NCBI GenBank assembly: GCA_040285825.1
Contig: JAUPSS010000008.1
Location: 1,054,001 to 1,118,000, forward strand
Length of the DNA: 64,000 nt
Direction of reading: 5' to 3'
Source: Eukaryota sp. TZLM1-RC
Taxonomy: Eukaryota; Protista; Metamonada: BaSk clade
Part shown: piece by piece, positions 56,001 through 64,000 of the stretch
Position numbering within the stretch: the stretch's first letter is position 1
Layout: the number at the start of each line of letters is the position of its first letter
Translations under genes and position numbers: made by a program
Notes under the pieces: model-generated
What the model was told of the DNA's origin: nothing
Seen by the model: the letters and a program-made list of their open reading frames with translations, nothing else
Databases searched by the model: none

Positions 56001-59000
56001 CTTCGGTTCATGATTTTCCTAACAAAAGAAGGTGATGTTTATAGTTGTGGGGATCATTTGGGTAGAACTACAGACTCTATTCCTCACCATACACCAGGGA
56101 AAGTTCAGGGTTTGGGTAGGATAAGAAAAGTTATTAGCAGTGAAAGTATTGCTTTTGCTATTGATTTCAATAATGTTCTGTTCAGCTGGGAAGGTGATGA
56201 CGTTGAAGCTTCACTGAATGCTGAAACAAAAGATTATAATGTGGCCAATCTTTTCACTGGAGGAGACCATTTCTTCATATACCCATCACCGCCTACGTTG
56301 AGTGCTCACAATTCGATTCTCATTTTAAATGGAACAGTGGAAAATATTGCTGAAAGTTTATTTAGTTTTGAAATTGACATCCTTGTCAACCCCACAGGAT
56401 CTTTATTGGCCACCAATGGAGGTTATAGATTTGAAAACAGGGTTAGTAATGCTGGACTTATCAAAGCAATCAATGACCTAAAACTTATATTTGAAGGTGA
56501 TTTGAACCTTGAAGAAGGCCAATTCAGTTCTGAATTATTTATTGAAAATTTAGAGGGAAACTCTATCACTGGTTTTGGAAATTTCAAGACAGGTTTAATT
56601 AATCATGGTGTAATAGAGCCATTTGGAATTATAGAAATAATCGGCAATTTAGAATTAGGTGAATCATCTACTATTTTATTTACCAATCAAAAAAGTGATA
56701 ATGGCCAATTAATTATTGACGGCACAGTTTATTTAGATGGATCACTAACAGTTGATTATTCATTTCAATCCGTAAAAAACGACTTTGCTTTGGATTTAAT
56801 CACCTTTTATCATAAGGAAAATGAGTTCAGCAAGATTCTAGTCATTTGTGAATCATTTATAGAAGTTAATGCAGATTTATTTCAATTAACCACCGTTAAT
56901 GAAATTATTCCAGATTTAAACCATATTTCTTTCATTTCTCCTTTTGGTACAAATGAAGATTGTTGCGGTACTGCATCAGTTCCTTGTTTGTCACTTAGTA
57001 AAATAATTGAAAGAATGGGTTATTTTGGTGTTGTTTATTTTGAAGAAGGTGAATATAATGGAGTTAATTTTGACGTTGATTTGATTGGAGTTGATTTTGA
57101 ATTCAGGGGAAATTCTGATGATTTCATTAGTGTTAGTGTGTTAACTTCATTGAGTGTCACTCATTCGTACCTTAATATCAGTAATATTGAGTTTCATGTG
57201 TCAGGTTCTACACATTTTCTGGCCATTGAAGAATCTCATCTGAAACTGGAGAATTTAGTAATTAATACTAATATCCAAATATTGGTTGGCCTCAGTTCAA
57301 ATGTTACTTTTATTAATGTACAAGTTACATCAAATAACCTAAATGAACCCTTTATAGACTTGCACCATTGTAAATTCATCGGATCAAACTCAATCCTGCT
57401 CGGTTCAGGAATTTCCTGGTCTTTCAATCATTCAGTCATTCAAATGAACAACTTTTTGATCGAAGGTCAAGCTTTTCCATTGAATAACGTTCTATTTGCT
57501 GAAAATTCAGAAATGGAGTTGACTGATATAAGGATTTCAGTAGTTCAAAGTGATGTTGGTAAATCCGATCTTTCAATCTTTTTTACTACCAATTCAAGTA
57601 TGACAATTTCTGCTTTGTCTGTTGTAAACTCTGCTTTAAATCTTATGGAGGCCGTCACTAGTGAAGTTATTTTCTATTCACTCAATATTTCAAATTGTCA
57701 ATGCTCTTTGTTTTTTAATACTACCTCATCAAGCTTTGAGTTAAACAATGTTGTAGTTAATAACTCAATAGGTCAGTTTATAGTAGCCCAAGACTCTAGT
57801 GAAGTTGGCTTTAGAAATGTTGCTTTTGAGAAGGTTGTATCTGACACATTTTTGATTGAGGTTTGTGATTCCAAATTTGATTCAATTGATTTTGTTGTTT
57901 TTGATTCTGATCTCAAGTCCTTATTTAGTTCCCTTCAATCAAATAGTGAATTAATTACAACAAAATTAACCAATCTTACTCTTTTTAGTGGTAATTTATT
58001 ACATATCGATGAAAGTTATTTAGAGGTGACTGATTTGCAAATGATTGGTTATCTTTTTGATGGAATTTCTAATGTTTTTACTTGCAATCAACAGAATTAT
58101 TTAATTAATTCCATTAATACAACATTTACAATAAGTCATTCAAATTTGATTTTTTGTCTAGTTGGCACAACACTTTATTCTGAATTAGTTTTTATTGATT
58201 CTACTGCTTCTTTTCTAAACTTATTTGAGCATTTAGCTTTAACACACTTATTACTCACCAATTCTTCTGTAGAATTTAATACAAATCACTCTGTGTTGGC
58301 TGGTTTAATGGAGTTGGACGAGGAAAGTTCTATTTCAGGCAAAGATAAATACCTTCATTTAGAGCTAATGGTTGGGGGCCTGTCAACAATTAATGATTGT
58401 ATTGGCACAAAAGAATGGGAGATTGGTTTTAACTTTACTTTTGCTGAATTAATGGAAGAATTTGTTGTTATAGATGAATTCAATTCTGTTTCCAAAATTG
58501 TATTCTCTGCTTCTAACTACACTTTACTAAGATTGGAAAATATTTATGCTTTGAACCGTTACGTTGATTATTTTGAACTTCATTTTTCAGCACCAACTAT
58601 TCAATTTTCCCACAAACAACTTCTTCAACTATGTCCACCAAAGCTTTCACTCCCTCCAATACCAACTCAAGGTAAAGAATTGTTATTGAATGGTACTAAT
58701 TTAGGTCATGTTTCATTGGTTGTGTCAAGTAGCACTATTAATTTTATTATACCAGATTCACCTATCACTCACGAAACTATTACAGTTATCGTCCCTCCGG
58801 GTGCGGGTTGTCATGACGTAGAAGTCAAACGAAGTCTTGACAGTATTGTTGTATTTACCACGTTTTGTTTTGAATCTCCTGTTCTTTTTTATGTTGAATC
58901 TGATCCTTTTGCTTTTCAAAGTAGTTTGTTTTTTAAAGGACAGAATTTTTTCGATAATATAGACTTGATTGAAGTTAGTTTTCACAATGCAACTCTGCTT

Positions 59001-62000
59001 TATTCTATTATTTCTGCAAATCATACTGAATTAATCTTAGAAATTCACAATATTTGTGACTTTTCTTCCACAAATTCTCTGTTCGTTATCGTTGCAGGGT
59101 TGTTTTCAGTCAGTTATAGATTTTCTGTAAAGTTTCCTTCTTATATTCCAAGTTCCCAGTCACTCAACCCTATGGATGACGTACTTTCTCTCAACATTCA
59201 ACAGGATTTATCCATTCATACTTTATCCCAATGTAATGATATAGAAGTTGTTGGTAATGTTCCTTTAAATTGGACGATTGCTGGTCCTACTAATTTTGAC
59301 CTTAATTTTGACCTAGTTGGAGTCGATAGTTTGCAGCTTCTTGTTCAGCTTTCCAAGAACTTTGTGTATTTAATTGAAGTTCCAGTTGTTGATTTCTATG
59401 TTTTACCCCCAGATTATGTCTGTATCATCAATCAAATTTGCATAATTAAAGTGTGTTTAATTTTTGATACTGTTGTTTTGCATGATTACTTTCCACTCGG
59501 TGATGGTAATATTTTAATTGTTGACTATGAATTCTCTGAACCTAGCTGTATGGTGGTCATGCTAGTAATCAGAGATGAAAGCAATAATGCAGGACTTAAG
59601 TTGTGTTCGAAATCTCTGTGCAATACTCTTCAAGATTTACCAAAAGTAGTCACTATTGATTCATTAAGTCCAAGCTTAGTTCAATGGGAATATCAGACAA
59701 CTGATGTGTTATTAACTTTGACAGGTGAAAATTTTAATTTTTATGATTACCAGCAGTGGCAAAAATCATTTAGTTTTGATGGTAAGTCTATGGATTTTTC
59801 CATTGAAGGACCGAATTTAATTACTTTTACCTTCGAATTTACTGCAAGGAGTAGTAAATTATTGCAATTTATTGGTTTTGGTAGCGTTGTTGAATTATTT
59901 ACTATTAATTGTGATGATTTTTTTGTTATTGTGCCTTTTTATTTCCCTGATTCAGAATTAATTGTGTACTCCCGTTATACTCAGTCGTTTTTACAATTAT
60001 TATATGGAAATGATTTTTTGAAAATTTATGCTGGCGAAAACTCTCTAACCACACATAATGGGGCAAAATTTATTACTTTTTACACTAGAACAGTATCAGA
60101 AATGATTGATCTTGACCACGTTATGGAGTTTATTGCCTTAAATGTTGCTTATAATTTTTCTATTAGTTTCCCATATTCTAGTCCAAACGTTGAAATTAAT
60201 TCTTTAAGTAGTTGTAGTGTTGAATTTTTTATTACATCCAATCAGCTTGAATTAGAAGTACTTGGCTCCAAACTGGAGTTTTGTGTACTTGAATTAGTCG
60301 TTAGCTATTATGAATCAAAAGTAACAAAAGAATTAATTTTTCAAATAGTTGAGCCACCAAAATTAGAGTTTTTGGGGGATAACTATTTTAAAAAATCTCA
60401 TATTTTCACTTTTAGTGTCGTAATTGAAGTTGGATTCCGTAGCTTCGATGATTTTTATCTTTCTATTGGGGACAATCATTTGGACTACGATATATCTTCA
60501 TTTGGGAAGTTTTCAGAAGTTTACTCTCAAACAATCGAGGCAAGTCTTTTCCCAAGTGATTTGAAGTTGAGCAGTCCTGTTAGTTTTGTGGATTTAGAAT
60601 TAGTCTCTAATTTATTTGGGTCTATGTTGCTAACAGAACTACAAATTTTTGACGTTGAGCTCTTCTCAGAATCGATAATTTCCATTTTTCAACCAGGCAA
60701 TGTTGTTATTGAAACTAATACCGAACTCAAACCACCAGTTTATTGTATCATTGAAGGTCAATCATTTGGCGTCATGATTGATGGTTTTGATCTAATCTGC
60801 AAAAATGTCATTATCGCAACTTACAAGGAGTTTCTAAAAGTTAGTATTTACTACTTTGACCTGGAGATTGGTAGTGTGGAGTTAACTTCTGAACCTTTTT
60901 TCGTGGATCTTTGTTTTGTTCCAGATCAAATTTCACTTATTGACTATTCAGTTTTGGTTATCAATAATGAATCCTTAATTCACCTATTCGATAAAACTAG
61001 GTGTTGCCTTGTTACAGCTGGTAATTGTTATTCTATTTTCAAAGCTGGTGAAGAGTTTACCATTCAATTTACTGAAACTTACCAAATATATGCTTTTTCT
61101 TTTACCGTCAATTCTTCATGCTCAAATTTCCTACAAAGGTCTCCAATTAGTCTTGGTAATTTCACCATTGATCTTTGGCACTGTGAATCACTTTTGAATG
61201 GTTTTGATGATGCTTTAATGTGTAGTATTGAGGTTGATTTTAATAATGTTGGCTCTGTTACTTTTGATGTTATAGAAGATTTGCTCTTATTCGAAGTTGA
61301 AGTTTATGGCTACAAAACTAGCAAGTGTTTGAGACCGATTGATGATTTTGTTGGAGCAACACCATTAGGAGATTTTGTTTTTATTAAAGGTTATTATGAA
61401 TTTGCTGGAGAGAGGTTTGAAGTGTTTGACTCAATTTACTCACTGTTAGACGATACCCTTCTTACTCAAGTCGTTACTGAACCCTTTACTGTTGTTTATT
61501 CATTTTCTTCTCCTGATTGTTATTATTCCACGTCAATGCTGAGTACTTTAATTAGCCCTCAAGAACCACAATCTGTCATTTTAGCAAATGAATTAATTAT
61601 TATGAAGTCAAACTCCTTTATTTTAAGCTTACAATGTCGTGATTCAAACAACATAATGGTTAATTGTTTTGATTTCAACCACACCAATTTAGTTAAATTT
61701 ACAAGTTTCAGTTATAATCATTATTACATTAATGCGTTGAATTCAATTCAGTTTGATATTCATAGTATTTATCCGGGAAGTTATTTTATTCAACTTGGTA
61801 TTGGAGATAATTCGAGGCTGAATTTTTCACTTTTCCAGGAATTTAAGAAGGAATTAATAGTAAATATTCTTGAAATTAATCAATGTAATCGTCTTAATTT
61901 GTTTTTCAGTAGTTGTGTCCTGTTTACCCTTGAAATAACACTAAATACTCAAGATTTACTGGTCAATTATACCCAATCACTCAGTTTATATGAAGTTGAT

Positions 62001-63287
62001 TTAGCACATGATTCAATGGTTACTCACTTTGTGTCAAGTTTTAATGAGCTTGAAGTAACTGGTTTACCATTGTCTGAAATAGAAATACTATTCTCTTACC
62101 AATCAACTTTTGCTTCAATTGAGCCTACTTTAAACGATTGTGATTCAACTAGGATTAACCTGAATAACGAGTGTCATTGTAAGCCAGGAACAGTTCTTGG
62201 TTCTGTAGGAGAATGTGAACCTTGTCCATTGGGTTATTATTTGGATAATCCTTTGCTAGGACAATGTATCAATTGTCCAATAACTAAAGTGACTAAATCA
62301 ATAGGTTCTTCAAATATCAGTGATTGTGTTTGTTCCAAATCTGAGTTTGGTGTCGGAGTAAATTGTCTCAAGTGCCCAAAATTTGGTACTTGTGAATATG
62401 GCGAATTAACAACTGTTTCAAACGGTTATAAATTCAACCCCGAAACAGGATCAATATCATGCCCTTATAAGTATTCGTGCAGAAATAACCAATGTAGGCT
62501 TAATACAAAAGGAATTGATTGTACTGAGTGTATTGAAGGAACCAGAAGATATGGCTTTGTTTGTATTGGGACTAGTGGGTTTGGTTACCTTGTTGGTTTT
62601 GTTTCCAACTTGGCTCTTGTTTTTTTATTGTTTGCCAGTGAATATTATTTGAAGTTTGCGATTACTTTTTACCACAAAGTTTTCAGGCAGTTTAATATAC
62701 CTTCACTTTCATTAAATGTAAGTCGTTTACTAACTCAGTATAAAGCACAGATAGTCTGCCCTTTAAGAGTTTTGATGGTTTTGTCAATATTAATTAATGG
62801 TAATGTTGTATTAATCACTCTGCCATTTTCCTTAAGTGCATCATTATTTGGAAATAGATTTGGTTTTTTGGAATTAATTGCTTGCTTTGTTTTTATTCAT
62901 CTCTTTTGTAGGAAAATTCTGAATCATTCATTTTCGTTTAAAGACTCTTATTACAGCCATTTTTGCTTGTTTACAGGACTTATTGGGATCTATAGTAAAT
63001 TAATTGATCTTAGATTAGACGTTGAAGTTTTCTTGTTGTTTGGAATTTGTATCTACTGCTTTTTCATGATTCCTAAAACGGAATCATATAATGATAGGTT
63101 TAGATCGTTGTCAGCATCGTGTTTTTTAGCGTTGTTTATCCATTCCCCATATACAATTCTACTAATTACTCAAACAATTGTTTTTCTTGTTTTAATATTT
63201 CATTCTGGTAAACAAAATGCTGTTGTTTCTTATATAGGTTCTTTTTATAGCAGTGTTTTAGTTGTACAACACGTGGTGCATTCATGA
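53076..63287 (+). CDS. Giant cell-surface protein: signal peptide, two RCC1/BLIP-II propellers, beta-helix-like and IPT-like regions, Cys-rich repeats, multi-TM C-terminus
   Basis: 3403-aa ORF with 'WGRNNNGQLGLG' and 'SAG..HSL' RCC1 repeats, a 'CEPCPLGYY...C..CP' Cys-rich segment and several C-terminal hydrophobic helices. Confidence 0.8.
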   Translation: MFNILHVLLAYCVISFASEVHLVIPDTENQVFYWTSDSTWNCSYPTESSTVFVDGKGMNPIIVIDVPPNVHSIHLSDVTLRLESHVVITGITLLDGVIIESVTEQLINFTTTDLEVLKPCEFYLINFILKGNGKLASQLATSQSIFLVDDGAELVTEGGRSSLFDLQAWGNGGHGRTGTGNTDNSHSLLPVITDEVFTFVSGGYHHSLGLTSEGTLFAWGRNNNGQLGLGSESEFYDFPQPVDLNNVVQISAGFSFSLARTEDNFAYSWGTGGRLGHEGTENELEPRRIESLENVIDVSAGDRHGLVVLSGGTVKSFGSNWAGKLGIGSSFGIESRPTPHDVVITQTVRKVIGCEEHSLFITEDDQLMAAGLNNMGQLCMGDESYWENDVFIDTNRYQPEKISKYVDYTVIQASCGQYYTIFLTKEGDVYSCGDHLGRTTDSIPRHTPGKVQGLGRVRSIHSGYRIAFAIDFNNVLFSWEGDDVEASLNAETKDYNVANLYTGQYHFFVNSLLPSIQSTDESLLVIDGTFNHDLAFTFNLNILVEVQSHGSLICSGQGVLFNQTLTNFGLITARDDAELIFNRNLSLLSGSFVSGLPITILAGINISGYGVFDSTLINYGIVIATGEFIINYDFVLHDSSQVLFGQPLSNLRVPSLSVNGNITLLNTHLGSDLYSFGFVEVFDMYLLGKTELTNVNFTVLNLGTISDQLTVKKSVFLVNEKAFLTIDGQGATTDELQAWGNGGHGRTATGNTDNSHSLLPVITDEVFTFVSGGYHHSLGLTSEGTLFAWGRNNNGQLGLGSESEFYDFPQPVDLNNVVQISAGFSFSLARTEDNFAYSWGYGWGGRLGHDDSENELEPRRIESLENVIDVSAGYAHSLAVISGGKAVAWGPNGNGELGDGSATQRDIPVEVATTESIKKAIGCVWFSLFITDNDELMTTGRNNRGQLCLGNQHDETSPVKILNYDQYTVIQASCGLRFMIFLTKEGDVYSCGDHLGRTTDSIPHHTPGKVQGLGRIRKVISSESIAFAIDFNNVLFSWEGDDVEASLNAETKDYNVANLFTGGDHFFIYPSPPTLSAHNSILILNGTVENIAESLFSFEIDILVNPTGSLLATNGGYRFENRVSNAGLIKAINDLKLIFEGDLNLEEGQFSSELFIENLEGNSITGFGNFKTGLINHGVIEPFGIIEIIGNLELGESSTILFTNQKSDNGQLIIDGTVYLDGSLTVDYSFQSVKNDFALDLITFYHKENEFSKILVICESFIEVNADLFQLTTVNEIIPDLNHISFISPFGTNEDCCGTASVPCLSLSKIIERMGYFGVVYFEEGEYNGVNFDVDLIGVDFEFRGNSDDFISVSVLTSLSVTHSYLNISNIEFHVSGSTHFLAIEESHLKLENLVINTNIQILVGLSSNVTFINVQVTSNNLNEPFIDLHHCKFIGSNSILLGSGISWSFNHSVIQMNNFLIEGQAFPLNNVLFAENSEMELTDIRISVVQSDVGKSDLSIFFTTNSSMTISALSVVNSALNLMEAVTSEVIFYSLNISNCQCSLFFNTTSSSFELNNVVVNNSIGQFIVAQDSSEVGFRNVAFEKVVSDTFLIEVCDSKFDSIDFVVFDSDLKSLFSSLQSNSELITTKLTNLTLFSGNLLHIDESYLEVTDLQMIGYLFDGISNVFTCNQQNYLINSINTTFTISHSNLIFCLVGTTLYSELVFIDSTASFLNLFEHLALTHLLLTNSSVEFNTNHSVLAGLMELDEESSISGKDKYLHLELMVGGLSTINDCIGTKEWEIGFNFTFAELMEEFVVIDEFNSVSKIVFSASNYTLLRLENIYALNRYVDYFELHFSAPTIQFSHKQLLQLCPPKLSLPPIPTQGKELLLNGTNLGHVSLVVSSSTINFIIPDSPITHETITVIVPPGAGCHDVEVKRSLDSIVVFTTFCFESPVLFYVESDPFAFQSSLFFKGQNFFDNIDLIEVSFHNATLLYSIISANHTELILEIHNICDFSSTNSLFVIVAGLFSVSYRFSVKFPSYIPSSQSLNPMDDVLSLNIQQDLSIHTLSQCNDIEVVGNVPLNWTIAGPTNFDLNFDLVGVDSLQLLVQLSKNFVYLIEVPVVDFYVLPPDYVCIINQICIIKVCLIFDTVVLHDYFPLGDGNILIVDYEFSEPSCMVVMLVIRDESNNAGLKLCSKSLCNTLQDLPKVVTIDSLSPSLVQWEYQTTDVLLTLTGENFNFYDYQQWQKSFSFDGKSMDFSIEGPNLITFTFEFTARSSKLLQFIGFGSVVELFTINCDDFFVIVPFYFPDSELIVYSRYTQSFLQLLYGNDFLKIYAGENSLTTHNGAKFITFYTRTVSEMIDLDHVMEFIALNVAYNFSISFPYSSPNVEINSLSSCSVEFFITSNQLELEVLGSKLEFCVLELVVSYYESKVTKELIFQIVEPPKLEFLGDNYFKKSHIFTFSVVIEVGFRSFDDFYLSIGDNHLDYDISSFGKFSEVYSQTIEASLFPSDLKLSSPVSFVDLELVSNLFGSMLLTELQIFDVELFSESIISIFQPGNVVIETNTELKPPVYCIIEGQSFGVMIDGFDLICKNVIIATYKEFLKVSIYYFDLEIGSVELTSEPFFVDLCFVPDQISLIDYSVLVINNESLIHLFDKTRCCLVTAGNCYSIFKAGEEFTIQFTETYQIYAFSFTVNSSCSNFLQRSPISLGNFTIDLWHCESLLNGFDDALMCSIEVDFNNVGSVTFDVIEDLLLFEVEVYGYKTSKCLRPIDDFVGATPLGDFVFIKGYYEFAGERFEVFDSIYSLLDDTLLTQVVTEPFTVVYSFSSPDCYYSTSMLSTLISPQEPQSVILANELIIMKSNSFILSLQCRDSNNIMVNCFDFNHTNLVKFTSFSYNHYYINALNSIQFDIHSIYPGSYFIQLGIGDNSRLNFSLFQEFKKELIVNILEINQCNRLNLFFSSCVLFTLEITLNTQDLLVNYTQSLSLYEVDLAHDSMVTHFVSSFNELEVTGLPLSEIEILFSYQSTFASIEPTLNDCDSTRINLNNECHCKPGTVLGSVGECEPCPLGYYLDNPLLGQCINCPITKVTKSIGSSNISDCVCSKSEFGVGVNCLKCPKFGTCEYGELTTVSNGYKFNPETGSISCPYKYSCRNNQCRLNTKGIDCTECIEGTRRYGFVCIGTSGFGYLVGFVSNLALVFLLFASEYYLKFAITFYHKVFRQFNIPSLSLNVSRLLTQYKAQIVCPLRVLMVLSILINGNVVLITLPFSLSASLFGNRFGFLELIACFVFIHLFCRKILNHSFSFKDSYYSHFCLFTGLIGIYSKLIDLRLDVEVFLLFGICIYCFFMIPKTESYNDRFRSLSASCFLALFIHSPYTILLITQTIVFLVLIFHSGKQNAVVSYIGSFYSSVLVVQHVVHS
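53572..56262 (+). repeat. Intragenic duplication of the RCC1 cassette (~53572-54585 and ~55282-56262)
   Basis: 53572-53884 and 55282-55594 differ at only one base by eye; further near-identical blocks are separated by divergent patches. Confidence 0.9.
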
Positions 63288-64000
63288 CCAAACAGCATGA
63301 TTATCAGAGTTTATTGTCAGGAGTATGGTTATTGACTGGAAGCCAATTAGATGCAAAAAGTTCTATTTAATCAATGTGTTTGCCCTGTTATGTTTCTTGC
63401 ACTTTGTTTAGTTTATAGTACTTCACTTAAACATTTAAGGCGAGACTTTTCTTTGTTATCTATTTTGTTCCATTGCAGTGATCAATGATTCATCAGTTTT
63501 TGTCCATTGACTTAGTGCACCATACACTGCAGTAAAGACACTACCTACAATGTTAAAGAGAGTGATTTAATCTGTGGTTTTCATTTGAAATCAGGGGTCT
63601 AAATGGTTCCACTCTTTTTGCAAAAACCAAACCAAACCAATAGCAAGAGGATAGAACCAAAACCAAACCGTTTTGTTTTTTTAAACCTCGTTTTTTAGCC
63701 ACATTGCTCAGTTTTTTTAAGCCAAATTGCCCTATTTTCAAATAAGATCTTCTTATAAAATTGTATAATCAGTAAAAAGTACTAATGAAACAACCAACAC
63801 TGGGGACCTACCAGGTTGTGTTCTACAGCAACTCATTTAACTTTTTCTACTTGACTCTATACTTTGAACCATTTCTGTGCTTAGTTTATTCTTATGTTTT
63901 TAATAGAGGTGGGAAGTGAGTGTACCGTGACTAGTTGCTGAAGAATACAGAGTTTCTCACTATTGATGTAGATATTTTCTTGTGGTGTGGAGGTAAAATG

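Noticed and set aside
46-63741. Numerous 60-210 aa ORFs overlapping the long genes
   Set aside because: Antisense or alternate-frame shadows of well-supported CDSs, with no motifs.
63590-63875. AACCAAACC repeats as DNA-transposon subterminal repeats
   Set aside because: Only a 9-bp inverted match (AAATGGTTC/GAACCATTT) and no target-site duplication; too weak to call.

Overview
AT-rich, gene-dense eukaryotic DNA read with the standard genetic code (TAA, TAG and TGA all end conserved genes). It has very short intergenic spacers, 27-33 nt GT-AG introns and cytoskeletal/flagellar genes, so it is most likely a flagellate protist (taxon is inference only). About 22 host genes are present, including CTR9, a TOG/CLASP-like protein, taxilin, SPT4, CD2BP2/LIN1, SAXO-like, a GH13 amylase, a CPA1 antiporter, EXO70, CNNM, LRRC45-like, eIF1, SAS6-like, MMPL, RPC34, MCM2, a SANT protein and a 3403-aa RCC1 surface protein. 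Spacers upstream of genes are filled with mobile-element debris: six Fanzor (eukaryotic TnpB-like) loci from at least four lineages and several RLE-type non-LTR retrotransposon remnants. The standout is a Fanzor1-type element whose ORF reads: Cys-rich 32-aa repeats, a picornavirus-type 2A skipping motif (DLTIDGDVEANPGP), an NLS, a PolB-type DEDD 3'-5' exonuclease, then Fanzor WED/REC/RuvC/Zn-finger with the third RuvC Asp replaced by Asn, followed by a hairpin-rich omegaRNA-like 3' end. The exonuclease-Fanzor fusion recurs in a second, divergent lineage in the same window. Other oddities: one Fanzor 3' end overlaps the MCM2 start codon, a shared cassette sits directly before the ATG of four unrelated genes, two ~130-bp captured host-gene fragments lie beside the element, and duplicated RCC1 propellers vary mainly in equivalent blade loops. 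All calls come from reading motifs by eye; no searches were run.
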